NCBI GenBank assembly: GCA_963514005.1
Contig: OY740794.1
Span: 19,096,001-19,160,000 of the forward strand
DNA length: 64,000 nt
Reading direction: 5' to 3'
Source of the DNA: Raja brachyura
Taxonomy: Eukaryota
The notes under the pieces were generated by a model. The model was not told where the DNA came from. It made no database searches and worked only from the letters and a program-made list of their open reading frames with translations. The translations under genes were made by a program, and so were the position numbers. Shown in pieces: positions 51,306 through 62,921 of the stretch; the stretch's first letter is position 1; the number at the start of each line of letters is the position of its first letter.

Positions 51306-51825
51306 AAGTAGTTTGGTAGGCGGTGAGTCGCAAATTAGAGATATGGAGCCATAGAATCACACAGCTTCAAAACAAGTTCTTCAGTGCACTGAATCTACAT
51401 TGGAGGCACCAAAAAAACAAACCACTGTATGTACAAGCTTGAACAAATCTCAACAAGAACTACTAATTCCACCGCGCCCTTAAAGGATGTAGAGTTACAG
51501 CTGATCTCTCCCTCTGTGTCTAACAAGTTGTGGAAACCCCATATGATTATTCCTCCCAATCAGGAGAGATAACTTTCACACTGTGGAACTTTTAACAGCC
51601 TCCTTATGTATTAGTGAGCGGACATTTCACATCAGCCATTGTTTTAATTCGATTGCATTTACTGAACCTAAAAAAGAGTGAAAATTGATGCTTCCTGTTA
51701 AATGAAGTTTTATTCATAAACAAAGCTAACTATTTTGCTGAACGCTAACTCGAACCTTAAAGTAAAATGTGAAAAGTTAAAGCCCCGTCGTGAACCCATG
51801 TTTTGGCCTCTCATATGGAAACATC
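51306..51825. repeat. Direct repeat copy 2
   Basis: Near-identical to 50260-50772, with a small insertion at ~51590. Confidence 0.97.
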
Positions 51826-52159
51826 CACTCTATGCCTATTCAATTAAACCACTGTAGAAACTGTTATGAATGTTGCCCAGTCCATCATCCTTGCCAAACT
51901 CCCCATTATACATCACGGAAAGCAGCCACCACAATCAAAGACCGTTCCCACCCCGGCCATTCCTTCTTCTCCCTGCTCCATTGGGCCGAAGATACAGAAG
52001 CTTGAAAGCATGGACCATCAGACTCAGACCCTACATTGGAGGCACAAAAGACATCAGATGCTGGAATTTGTGACAAAAAATGAAGAGCATGTGGAGGAAT
52101 GCAAGGGGTCAGTCAGCATCTGTGGAAGGAAATGGACAGTCGCCATTTTGGGTTTTTTT

Positions 52160-52450
52160 TAGTTCTAGAGATACAGCATGGAAGCAGACCCTTTTGCCCA
52201 CCGAGTCTGCGCTGACCAAAGGTCACCCGTACAGGAGTTCAACCCTACGCACTAGGGACATTTCCACTGAAGCCAATTAACCTACAAACCTGCACATCTT
52301 TAAAATGTGGGAGGAAATCGGAGCATCGGAGAAAGCCTCAGGCGGTCACAGGGAGATTGTACAAACTTTGTACAGACAGCACCCGTCGTCAGGATCACAC
52401 CTGGGTCTCTGGCGCTGTAAGGCAGCAACTCTACCGCTGCACCACCGTGT
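52160..52450 (-). mobile_element. HE1 SINE
   Basis: Reverse complement of the full HE1 head, core and tail. Confidence 0.88.
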
Positions 52451-53084
52451 CGATCTTTAACATTGGTGCTGTTTTATGAGAGTTCTGAGAGAGTGTCTGG
52501 ATGTTAAGAAAATGATCTTTGATCCTGTAACACAGAATTCTTTTTTGATTGTCTGGTCTCCATGTCACTCAAAATAAAAAACTAAACTCTGATTAGAATT
52601 CCGTCATGGTTTGTAATTTAAACAGCAACAAAATATTGTAGAATAATACTTATTATGATATAACCTCTCAGTTTGGAGTGCGAGGAGAGAAGTTAAGAGG
52701 TCACTACCAATGAGCTTGATGATCTCACCCAGCCAACGAGGAACGACTTCTCTGTATGTTACTTAGAAAATTGTATTGATGCCTTTGGATGAAGATCCCG
52801 TGTTCAATGATTTAAAAACATTTTTAAATAATTTGCTGCAGCACTCCGATTATCTCTAATATTGCCCATGGTTACTTAAGAAATGTCAATGGGGGGGGGA
52901 TTTTCATTTATTCTACCTTTTGTTATAACAATGAGATTATTTCCTTAGTGCTTGCATTTAGGGAATTTTTGCTGAATGCCTACTCCTCTTCCACTTGCAA
53001 GGAATTTCCAGTATAGAAACTGTGCCCTGGCAAAGTTAACATTCCACACAATCTCCTCCAATGCATCTAATCTAAGCATTGTTT

Positions 53085-53281
53085 AAGAAGGAACTGCAGA
53101 TGCTGGAAAATCGAAGGTAGACAAAAGTGCTGGAGAAACTCAGCGGGTGAGGCAGCATCTATGGAACGAAGAAAATAGGCAACGTTTTAGGTCTGAAGAA
53201 GGGCCTCGACCCGAAACGTTGCCTATTTCCTTCACTCCATATATGCTGCCTCACCCGCTGAGGTTCTCCAGCATTTTTGTT
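53085..53281. mobile_element. Penelope-derived fold-back element with hammerhead-like core
   Basis: TGCTGGAGAAACTCAGCGGGTGAGGCAGCAT..TAGGCAACGTTT / AAACGTTGCCTA..ATGCTGCCTCACCCGCTGAG..CTCCAGCA inverted arms around TAGGT-CTGAAGAAGGGCCTCGACCCGAAACGTT-GCCTA. Confidence 0.85.
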
Positions 53282-53321
53282 GAATCTAAGTGGTGTATCA
53301 TTTTAGACTCAAGGAACTGCA

Positions 53322-53970
53322 AAGGTTCAAAGGTTATTTATTGGTCACATACACCAATTGGTGTAGTGAAATGTTTCTTGCCAATGCAGCACATAAAAAA
53401 AGAATACAGACATAACAATAATAAAGAGATTTAAACATAAAAAAACATCCCCCCACAATGGTTCCCATTATGGGGAAGGCACAATTTCCAGTCCCCATCC
53501 CATGTCCACCCATAGTCGGGCCTATTTGAGGCCTCCGCAGTCGCCTTCATGGAGGTCCGATGTACCAGGCCGTTCTCGCCGGGTGATGGTGCTCCAGTGT
53601 CGGGAGAATCCTCTCAGCGGCTTGGGATACCTGGAACAGCCACTTCCTTACCGGGGTCCGCGGCTTCCGAAGCCAACAAGGCTGTGCTGGATGGAGCTCC
53701 ACCCACGCTGGATGGAGTTGGAATGCCGCTCCAGGCCCGCTGGTAGGCCGCGAGGACGGGTCAAAAGTGTAGCCTGGAGAAAAGCTGCCTCTCCGACCAG
53801 GTAGGGACCCTGAAAAGTAGTTTCCTCCTTCCCTGCCCCCCCCTCCACCCCCGCAGAAAAAAGACTAGAACTCCAAAAACAAAACACTAAAACTCAATAA
53901 AAATAAAAAAAGAGTGAAAAACAAACAGCTGCAGGCTGGGCAGCCATACCATACAGGACGGCGCCCCCTA
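53322..53970 (-). mobile_element. Non-autonomous retroelement with L2-type tail
   Basis: 5' GGGGGCGCCGTC..ATGGCTGCC, CpG-rich body, 3' CATTTCACTACACC..GTGACCAATAAATAACCTTTGAACCTTTG. Confidence 0.6.
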
Positions 53971-54257
53971 TTGCCTACCAGCAAATGCTGGTTTACAAAA
54001 AAATTCATAAAATGCAGGAGTAACTAAACAGGTCAGGCAGCATCACTGGAGAACGGGAATAGGTAATGTTTTGGGTTGAAACTGAGAGTCAGGGGAAAGA
54101 GAAACAAGAGACATAGACAGTGATATGGAGAGATATAGAACAAATTAATGAATGATATGCAAATAAGTAACAATGATCAAATAAATGGTCCAGTGTTGTC
54201 TGTGGGCAAGGTGTTAACTAAATGTACAGATGATGCAACCCACCAGAAGGACAGTGA

Positions 54258-54918
54258 AGGTAGAGAAAAATGCTGGAGAGACTCAACGGGTGAGGTAGCC
54301 GCAGCATCTATGGAGCGAAGGATATAGGCGACATTTTGGGTCCATACCCTTCTTCAGACTGATGCGGAGGTGGGGGGGACGGGAAGAAGAAAGGAAGAGG
54401 TGGAGACAGTGGGCTGTGGGAGAGCTGGGAAGGGGAAAGAAGGAGAAAGCAAGGACTACCAGAAATTGGAGAAGTCAGTGTTCATACCGCTGGGGTGTAA
54501 ACTACCCAAGCGAAATATGAGGTGCTGTTCCTCCAATTTACGATGGGCCTCACTCTGGCCATGGAGGAGGCCCAGGACAGAAAGGTTGGATTCAGAATGG
54601 GAGGGGGTGTTGAAGTGCTGAGCAACCGGGAGATCAGTTTGGTTATTGCTAACCAAGCGGAGCTATTGGGTGAAGCGATCGCCAAGCCTACGCTTGGTCT
54701 CACCGATGTAGAGCAGCTGACACCTAGAGCAGCGGATGCAATAGATGAGGTTGGAGGAGGTGCAGGTGAACCTCTGCCGCACCTGGAATGACTGCTTGGC
54801 TCCTTGGATGGAGTCAAGGGGGGAGGTAAAGCGACAAGTGTAGCATTTCCTGCGGTTGCAAGGGAAAGTGCCAGGAGATGGGGTGGTTTGGGTGGGAAGG
54901 GACAAATTGACAAGGGAT
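54258..54918 (-). mobile_element. Penelope-like element 3' part with GIY-YIG endonuclease, nested in an older copy
   Basis: CNRRKCYTC..SSNLIYCIRCSRCQLLYIGETKRRLGDRF..VAQHFN..KLEEQHLIFRLGSLHPSGMN; hammerhead-like core at 54325-54360; TSD GACAGTGA at 54250-54257 and 54919-54926. Confidence 0.92.
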
Positions 54919-55095
54919 GACAGTGAGATTAGTACAACGGCTAGGTTTGGGGAGAGACAGAGAGAGAAGGGATGCAAGGGTTACTTGAAGTTATGAAAAT
55001 CATCAGCCATTTCGCTGGATTGTAAACTGCCCAAGCAAAATAGAAGGTGCTGTTCCTCTTTGCGTTTGGCCTCACTCTGACAAACGAGTATTTTA

Positions 55096-56459
55096 TTTTA
55101 TATTTTTTTATTTTAATTTTTAATTTTCTTTTATTAGAAGAAAGTACATAATAAAAAACATTTTGTTAGTAGTCGTCATACATTATTATTATAGTTTATA
55201 TTATCAATTGTATAATAATTGTACTACTATATATTTTTATTTATTTTATTTTTATATAGAAAATAATAGTGAGAAAAAATTAAAAAAATTAAAAGAGAAT
55301 GGAATAATCAGCTAATCATACATCATTGGAGATATGTCCGTGGATTGTTAAATGTAATTCTTCATCTAATCCTTGATTCGGGTTTCAATCAGGTTCTTGT
55401 GCCGAACCGGTTTGCCCCTTCAAATAGTCAATGAATGGAGACCATATTCTAGTAAATAGTTCTTGTTTGTCCATTAAGACAAATCTTAATCTTTCCAAAT
55501 GTAGGGTCTCTGACATTTCCATAGTCCACATTTTAATTGTGGGGGTTATAGGGTCTTTCCAAAATTTTAACATTAATTTTTTCCCAGTTAATAAACTATA
55601 GTCGATAAAATTTCTTTGGCTTGTTGTAAATATTTGATTTTGTTCTAGTATTCCTAATATTATTAGTTTTGAATCGGGGTCCAATTGGATATTGACAACT
55701 TCCGAAATTATCTTAAAGATTTCCGTCCAAAAATTATTAATTTTTATACAACTTACAAATGTGTGCGTTAAGTTAGCCTCTGAGTGCTGACATTTTTCAC
55801 AAATAGGAGATATGCTTGGGAAAATTCTATTTAATTTTGTTTTTGAATAGTGCAATCTATGTGATACTTTAAATTGTATTAAAGAATTTCTCGCATTTAA
55901 CAAACAGTGATGTATATGTTGTAAGCTTTCGTCCCATATTTCTGGCCTTATTGGTTGGCCTAGTTCATTTTCCCATGATCGCCTATATATTTCCGTCGTA
56001 GGTTCATCATTATCTAATAGGATATTATAAATATAAGATATCAATTTTTCAAATTCATCAAGAATTTCTATCTTTCTATTTCTATAGTCCTGTGTATTTG
56101 ATTTAGCATAGTCTCTAAGTTTTAGGTATCTAAAGTAGTCATTTGAGTGAGGTCCATAAATTTGTTGTAGTTCCTGAAATGAGAGGAATGTGCCTTTCCT
56201 GTAGAGATGACCCATCTTTGTAATTCCGTGATTTTTCCATTGTAAAAAACCTTTATCCATCATTGAGGGTTTAAATGTGGGGTTGTTTACAATGGGAAGA
56301 AATAGTGGTAAATTATCCAATTTTAGTGTCTTTTTTAATTGTTTCCAAATGCGTATTCCACTATATATTATGGGGTTTTCACTATAGGTTTTTTTTTGCT
56401 TAATTTAGTAATGGCAAATAAGATTGACCCAATTTCAAAAGGTAAACAGTCTTCCGTCT
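55096..56459 (-). mobile_element. 5'-truncated L1-clade LINE
   Basis: 16-bp TSD ACAAACGAGTATTTTA at 55080-55095 and 56460-56475; A/T-rich tail. Confidence 0.95.
55385..56320 (-). pseudogene. L1 ORF2 C-terminal fragment (311 aa open)
   Basis: YFRYLKLR, QFKVSHRLHYS, CEKCQ..THTFVSC zinc knuckle, IWSPF; no RT core or endonuclease. Confidence 0.9.
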
Positions 56460-57509
56460 ACAAACGAGTATTTTAAATGTACTGGTACTATTCACCTCAA
56501 AGCTGCCTGCCGCACCAAGCCCAGTCGTCGAATCATTCTGAGACTCATGACGTTTATTCTGAATTTCTCATTGGATTTATTTGTCGATAACGTTTATATG
56601 GGGCTTACAGTTTTCTGCTTGGGCTGATAAAAGCAAAATAACAGGCCTGAGGGCTTAAATGGAAAAATTATTTTTCATTTTGATTTGCTGACAAACTGAC
56701 GATAAATTCAGAATTTACATTTTGTTTTCAGAGTGCTGTGTGTGATTTTCAACGCACCTTTATGGACAATCGCACTTGTCTATGAGATATGCCTGGTCAC
56801 ATAATGGAAGGCTAAAAGCATGGCGTCACTTTTCTCCTACGGGGAAAGATACCCACCATGTTCAGTCTTTCCTGATAGTTTTGACCCCGGTGTTTTTGTT
56901 TAGTTTACTTTAGTTTATGACCATACAGAGGTACAGTGAAAAACGGTATTGTTGCCTGCTATCCAGTCAGCAAAAAGACTATACAGTCAAGCTATCAGTG
57001 TGCAGATACAAGATAAAGGGCATTGCTGCCCTGTAACTCTTGCTCCTCTGCTTTGTATCATCCATTTGGCCTGTGAGCTTTAGTGTTCACAGTGAGTTAG
57101 TAGGTCTGTGTAAACAGAAAAAGAAGGGACCCGATCTGAAACATCACCTATCCATGCTCTCCAGAAATGCTGCCTCTCCCGCTGAGCTGCTCTAGCATGT
57201 TTGTGTCTTTTTGTTTTGTAAAGCAGCGTCTGCATTTCATTGTTTCTACAAAAAAACACTGGTGATTTGGAATTCAGTGCAGAAGGCAGTCGGAAGCATC
57301 AGATGCGCACACCTGAATGAAGGATGGAATTTGACAAAGTTATTCGGAATGGTAGATCATGCTTCAGCAGAAAAATCCTCTGAGCGATTTCCAATATTGA
57401 ATGAAGCAGCTGCAAGCTCAAAAGCAAACCAACAGGACGTTGTTATTGAAGGGATCCCTTTTGCTGCTAAACATATTTCCTGTCAGATCACAAAGGCAGT
57501 TCACGTTAA

Positions 57510-58090
57510 TTCTGTACAAGCTTGAACAAGTCTCAACAGGAACAACAAATTCCACCTTTCCCTTAAAAGATGCAGAGTTGCAGCTGATTTCTCCCTCGCC
57601 ATCTAACAAATGTCAGCAACTCCATGCTCAACCAGAAGAGATAGCTTTCACACTGTGGAACAGCCTCGCCATGTATCAGTGCACGGACATTTCACATCAG
57701 CCATTGTTATACTTCGATTGCATCTGCTGCAACTGAAAAACAGTGAAAATCTATGCTTCTTATTAACTGAAGTTTTATTCATAAACAAAGATATCTATTT
57801 CCCTGAAATCTAACTAGAACCGTAAAGTAAAATGTGAAAAGTTAAAGCCCCATCTTGAACCCATGTTTTGGACTGGCCTCTCATACGGAAACATTGACTC
57901 AATGCCTATTCAATCAAACCATTGCAAAAACTGTTGAGAGTTATGGATGTTGCCCAGTCACTTATACATCACTTTGCCTAAGGAAAGCAGCCAACATAAT
58001 CAAAGAACTTTCCCATCCCGGCTATTCCTTCTTCTCCCTGCTTCATTGGGTAGAAGGTACAGAAGCTTGAATGTGCACAGCTCCAGACTC
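57510..58090. repeat. Older diverged duplicate of ~51430-52030
   Basis: Shares TGTACAAGCTTGAACAA, CCCTTAAA.GATG.AGAGTT.CAGCTGAT, CTTTCACACTGTGGAAC, AAAGTAAAATGTGAAAAGTTAAAGCCCC and the downstream L2 remnant. Confidence 0.92.
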
Positions 58091-58120
58091 AGTAACAGTG
58101 AGAAACCCTCTGTTATCCAG

Positions 58121-59840
58121 CAGGGCCGGATTTATGTAAAAGCTTCACAAGCTTAAGCTTAGGGTCTCGAGATCTATTGGGGGGGCTCGGCAGGGCCGGA
58201 TTTACATATAGGCTTCATAGGCTGAAGCTTAGGGCCTCAAAATCTAGGGGGCCTCCGGCCAAGGTGTTTTTATCCCAGAGTAAAAAAAAATCCTGAGGAA
58301 AAAAAAATTGGAGTGCTATCAGCGTTTGCACTTTGACAGAAATTACCCAAAATTCTGGTTCCGGTTCGCTGGACATTTTGGGGAAAATAATTGTGACTAT
58401 CCGCACCTGCGCAGTTGGAGGAAGCCGGTGAAACAGTAGCGACGCAAAATGCGCTGTCTCTCCGCGCATGCGCAGTGGGCCCGGGCGCGTTCAGATCTCC
58501 ATTTTCACTCCAAACAATCACCTTGATGCCTCGTGTCTACCAAAGATCCTAGGTTTCTACTCCAGGTAAGTCATGGAATATTGCGTTTCTCCAGGCCAGG
58601 GGTGGGGGGGCTGCGGTGTCTGCGGCATGGAGTCGGCGCCTCGCTGCATGGGAAGGAGAGAGAGGGGGAGGGAGGGGGAGAGAGGGGGGGAGGTGAAAGG
58701 GGGAAAGGGGGGGTTGAGACAGAAGGGGAGAGAGAGAGGGAGGGGAGGGGAGAGAGAGGGGGAGGGGGAGAGAGAGGGGGGAGGGGGAGGGGGAGGGGAG
58801 AGAGATGGGGAGGGAGAGAGAGGTGGAGGGAGAGGGAAGGGGCAGGAGGAGGGGGGAGAGGGAAAGAGGATTCTCTTTAGTGAGATTGCAAAATTAAGGT
58901 AGGTTTTAGAGCAATTATATTTTCTCCTCCATATGAATAATATCAAACAATTGGAACTGCTTTCTTTTCCTTGATAACAATACTGAAAAATACGTATTCC
59001 ATAGTTTGCGACTTTCATTTTGCATCATATTTTTAATGTGCACACGCTCACTCAGTTGAACAGTAACAGGCAATCAAATCAACACACAAAACATTTTCCA
59101 AAAAAAGGTTTTATTTACCGCAAAAACTTACAGTATTTTATTTGCAGTGTTTGCATGTTCCTTTATAACATTTGACATAACATTTTACAGTACTTGATTA
59201 TTAAAAGAAGGACAGCTTCAATTCTTGATTTAAAAAAATGTATACAACAATGACCCCAAAATTCCCATTCCAACCACTCATTACTCTTAACTCCACCAAA
59301 ATTATTTCTGAAATATTGGTCATATCTTTTGGTGCAAAACTGCTCCAAAACAAGGCTCAGAATGCACCAGAGAGCATCTAAAACCCCAGAGCTTCCAGGG
59401 CTCTTAAGCGGGTCTTTGAGCTTCGCGCTTGTGATATGTGTTGCGTGCACTTATTACACATAAAATGTTTGTAATCCTGCCATGCCATCCCCCTTTTTGA
59501 AAAGCTTCGTACGAATCTGGTGTATAATATTTTTAACACTGTCATAGGCCTTTCTTACATATGCTGTCACAACGTACTGTAGTCTCTAAAAAACACTTCA
59601 GTAATTTTCCTTGCCCTCCATTTCAGATTAATAATGTTTTAATCCGATAAGTCAACACTAGCACTGGCAATAAATAAAGAGCGCAGCTTTCCAGCCCTTA
59701 TCTCATTGGCCACGCTCGGCTGCACATCGGTGTCAATCTGGGTGACTCTTCCATCTTCCTCTCGTCGTGGGAGTGGGGGATTGAGAGAGGCCTCACAAGT
59801 GGAATAGCCTAGGGCCTCTCTTCATCTAAATCCAGCCCTG
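58121..59840. mobile_element. hAT-like non-autonomous DNA transposon
   Basis: TIR CAGGGCCGGATTTA / TAAATCCAGCCCTG; degenerate ~8-bp TSD GTTATCCAG / GTTACCAG; inserted in an L2 remnant. Confidence 0.78.
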
Positions 59841-61097
59841 GTTACCAGGCTCTGAATTGTACGACCATAAGTTAGGCTACTGTCTGCTTCACCTCTACCT
59901 CATGGCTGACATTGGACTTTGTGCCTGGAGCTGTTGCACTGCAATGCTGAGAACTATGCTCTATCTTTCCCTTTGGTCTGTCTGTTGTACTTTGGCTCGA
60001 TTGTATTGATGTGTAGTGTTATCTGGTTTGATTGGAGAGCATGCAAACAAAGCTTCTCATTGTTCCTCGTATACCTGACAATAATAAACTGAACCTGAAC
60101 CTAAACCTAAACGTTATAATAGTTAATGACTCTAGAAACATGAATTTCATTGTTCCATTTTGCAACATATGGCAGTAAAAACACTCTTGCAAATAGAACA
60201 TCACAGCACAGGAACAGGCATTTTGGCCTGCAATGTCCATGCTATACATGATGCCAAGTTAAACGATACTCATCTTCCAGCACGTGATTCATATCACTCC
60301 ATTCCCTGCATATCCATATGCCTATACAAATGCCTCTTAAATGCCACTGTCTTCTCTACCTCCATCACAACCCTGGTGCGCGCTACAGGCACCCCCCACT
60401 CTCTGTTCACACTTTTCCTGGAAAACAATGATTCCCTTCCTATGCAGTCTTTTGCAAAACTTATAATCACAGTGGCAATCTTGCAAATAATTTTTGATTT
60501 CCTCAGTGCCTATCCTTTCAACATGTGAGATTTAGACCCCAAGTTTGCAAAGAATTGGTGAATGTGCAAACAGACAAAGGCATTGAGAGAGGGATCCAAT
60601 GGGAAATTAAGCATCAGGACTAGAACCCAATGGATCAGGAAATAAATAATGATATAAATATATACAATTAATTGATAATTAATAATTAATTGTTGCTGTG
60701 ATTAGAATTAAAGTCAGCATGCCATTAAAATAATATATATATAAATTATAAATTAGCATAAGGGAATGTGGTTAAAGAGTTATAAATCCAGGAACTAAAT
60801 ATATTATAAACAGAAAACTAAATTATATTGACTAATTAATGAATTAAAACATTAGACAGCAATGAAGGTTCCATGTGGATCTGTAATATGTGGGAATTTG
60901 GCAGATTTGCAGTAAACATTTGCCTTGAAACTATCTAACCAAGTCTGAGATTGAAACACTCCACCACTCACTTGAGGGGGTGGAATTATAAGATGTCCTC
61001 TGGTTTAGAGTCATATCCCAGAGTGCAGAAATGAGGGGACATAGAAGGGTATGAAGGAGAAAATGGAAGTGGGGAAGACGTGTTGCAGACATTGCAA

Positions 61098-61467
61098 CTT
61101 AAGGGGTTGGACAGGCTAGATGCAGGAAGATTGTTCCCGATGTTGGGGAGGTCCAGGACAAGGGGTCACAGCTTAAGGATAAGGGGGAAATCCTTTAGGA
61201 CCGAGATGAGAAGGAATTTTTTCACACAGAGAGTGGTGGGTCTCTGGAACTCTCTGCCACAGAGGGTAGTTGGGGCCAGTTCATTGGATATATTTAAGAG
61301 GGAGTTAGATGTGGCCCTTGTGGCTAAGGGGATTAGAGGGTATGGAGAGAAGGCAGGTACGGGATACTGAGTTGGATGATCAGCCATGATCATATTGAAT
61401 GGCGGTGCAGGCTCGAAGGGCCGAATGGCCTATTCCTGCACCTAATTTCTATGTTTCTATGTTTCTA
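61098..61467 (+). mobile_element. Young CR1 3' end
   Basis: KGLDRLDAGRLFPMLG.SRTRGHSLRI..FFTQRVVGLWNSLPQ; (TTTCTATG)n tail. Confidence 0.93.
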
Positions 61468-62633
61468 TTGGTCCTATCCAATAGTATAAAGTACTCCATA
61501 GGGGTGGGAATAGCTGAAACATTATAATGGAATGTGCAGGAAGCCTTGCCTTCACATCCTGGACACCCAACAATGCGATGTGATGGATTCAGAATATGAT
61601 CAAACCCCTTAAAGTTATGTATCTGGGAGTTATGTATGGCAATGGAATTATACTGCCTCATGCCTCAGAATTACCTTTGTTCACTTATGCTCTTTGAGTT
61701 TTTTGTTTTTTTTAACTTGTCTGGCTCGTACGTAATTCCAGAATTACCACAATATCTCTGTTGGAATGCCACCACCTGCAAGTTCCCTCAAAGCCAGACG
61801 TTTGGAATATTTCTCCTTCGTGGAAACTGGATCAAATTACCGACCTCCCTACCCAACTGCACCGTGAGGGTTACTCTTAAACATTTTAAGAAGCTACTTT
61901 TGGAGTAAATGTATTGAACTATCAGAAATGGGCAATCATTGTTGGCTTTGCTGTTAGTGGTTGCATCCTGGGAGAGAATGAAAGGAAGAGCTAATCCAGA
62001 TATTGTGGAGTAAAGATAGACACATAATGCTGGACTAACAATGGATCAGCAGCATCTCTGGAGAAAAGGGATAGGTGATGTTTCGGGTCAAGATCCTTCT
62101 TCAGACTGAGAGTAAGGGGATAGGGAAGCTAGAGGTAGGAAATGGTACAAAGAACAAATGAATGAAAGGTATGAAAATAACAAATTAAGGCCTGCAACGA
62201 TGATCAAGGCGTCAGAGAGGAGATTTTGAGGAGACCTTCTTCAAAGTAGGCAGACCTTGAGGAGATTTTGCAGTGGAGCAGACAAAAAGTGCGGGAAGGA
62301 ACTGCAGATGCTGGTTTACACCGAAGTTAGTCCACAGGGTCAGTAAGCAGATGGAAATGGAACAGTGTATTCAATACTACAGGGATTGGAAGCATTCTGT
62401 GCTGTAATGATTAAGAATCCAGATGGATGTGTTGTTGAACATATGTTCAATTGCCAATGACAATTGAAAATAAATTTGGAACCGTAAATGGAGGATGTCC
62501 GCTTAACATTGTAGAATCAAAGAGTCTTTGAGAGATGCAGCATGGAAATAGGTCCTTTGACCCCCCCCCCCCCCCCCCCCCGCTCTTTCCCCACTGCCTT
62601 TGAAGCACCCAATTACACTAATCATATATTAAT

Positions 62634-62921
62634 CATAGAAACATAGAAAATAGGTGCAGGAGGAGGCCATTTGGCCCTTCGAGCCTGCACCGCCATTCAT
62701 TGTGATCATGGCTGATCGTCCGCTATCAATAACCCGTGCCTGCCTTCTCCCCATATCCCTTGACTCCACTAGCCCCTAGAGCTCTCTCCAACTCTCTCTT
62801 AAATCCATCCAGTGATTTGGCATCCACTGCCCTCTGTGGCAGGGAATTCCGTAAATGCACAACTCTCTGGGTAAAAAAGTATTTTCTCACCTCAGTCTTA
62901 AATAACCTCCCCTTTATTCTA
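62634..62921 (-). mobile_element. CR1 (HER1-like) 3' end inside an HE1 SINE
   Basis: CATAGAAACATAGAAAA tail, near-identical to 6364-6650. Confidence 0.92.

Noticed and set aside
58533-59018. Gly/Glu/Arg- and Pro-rich ORFs
   Set aside because: Polypurine tract within the hAT-like element.
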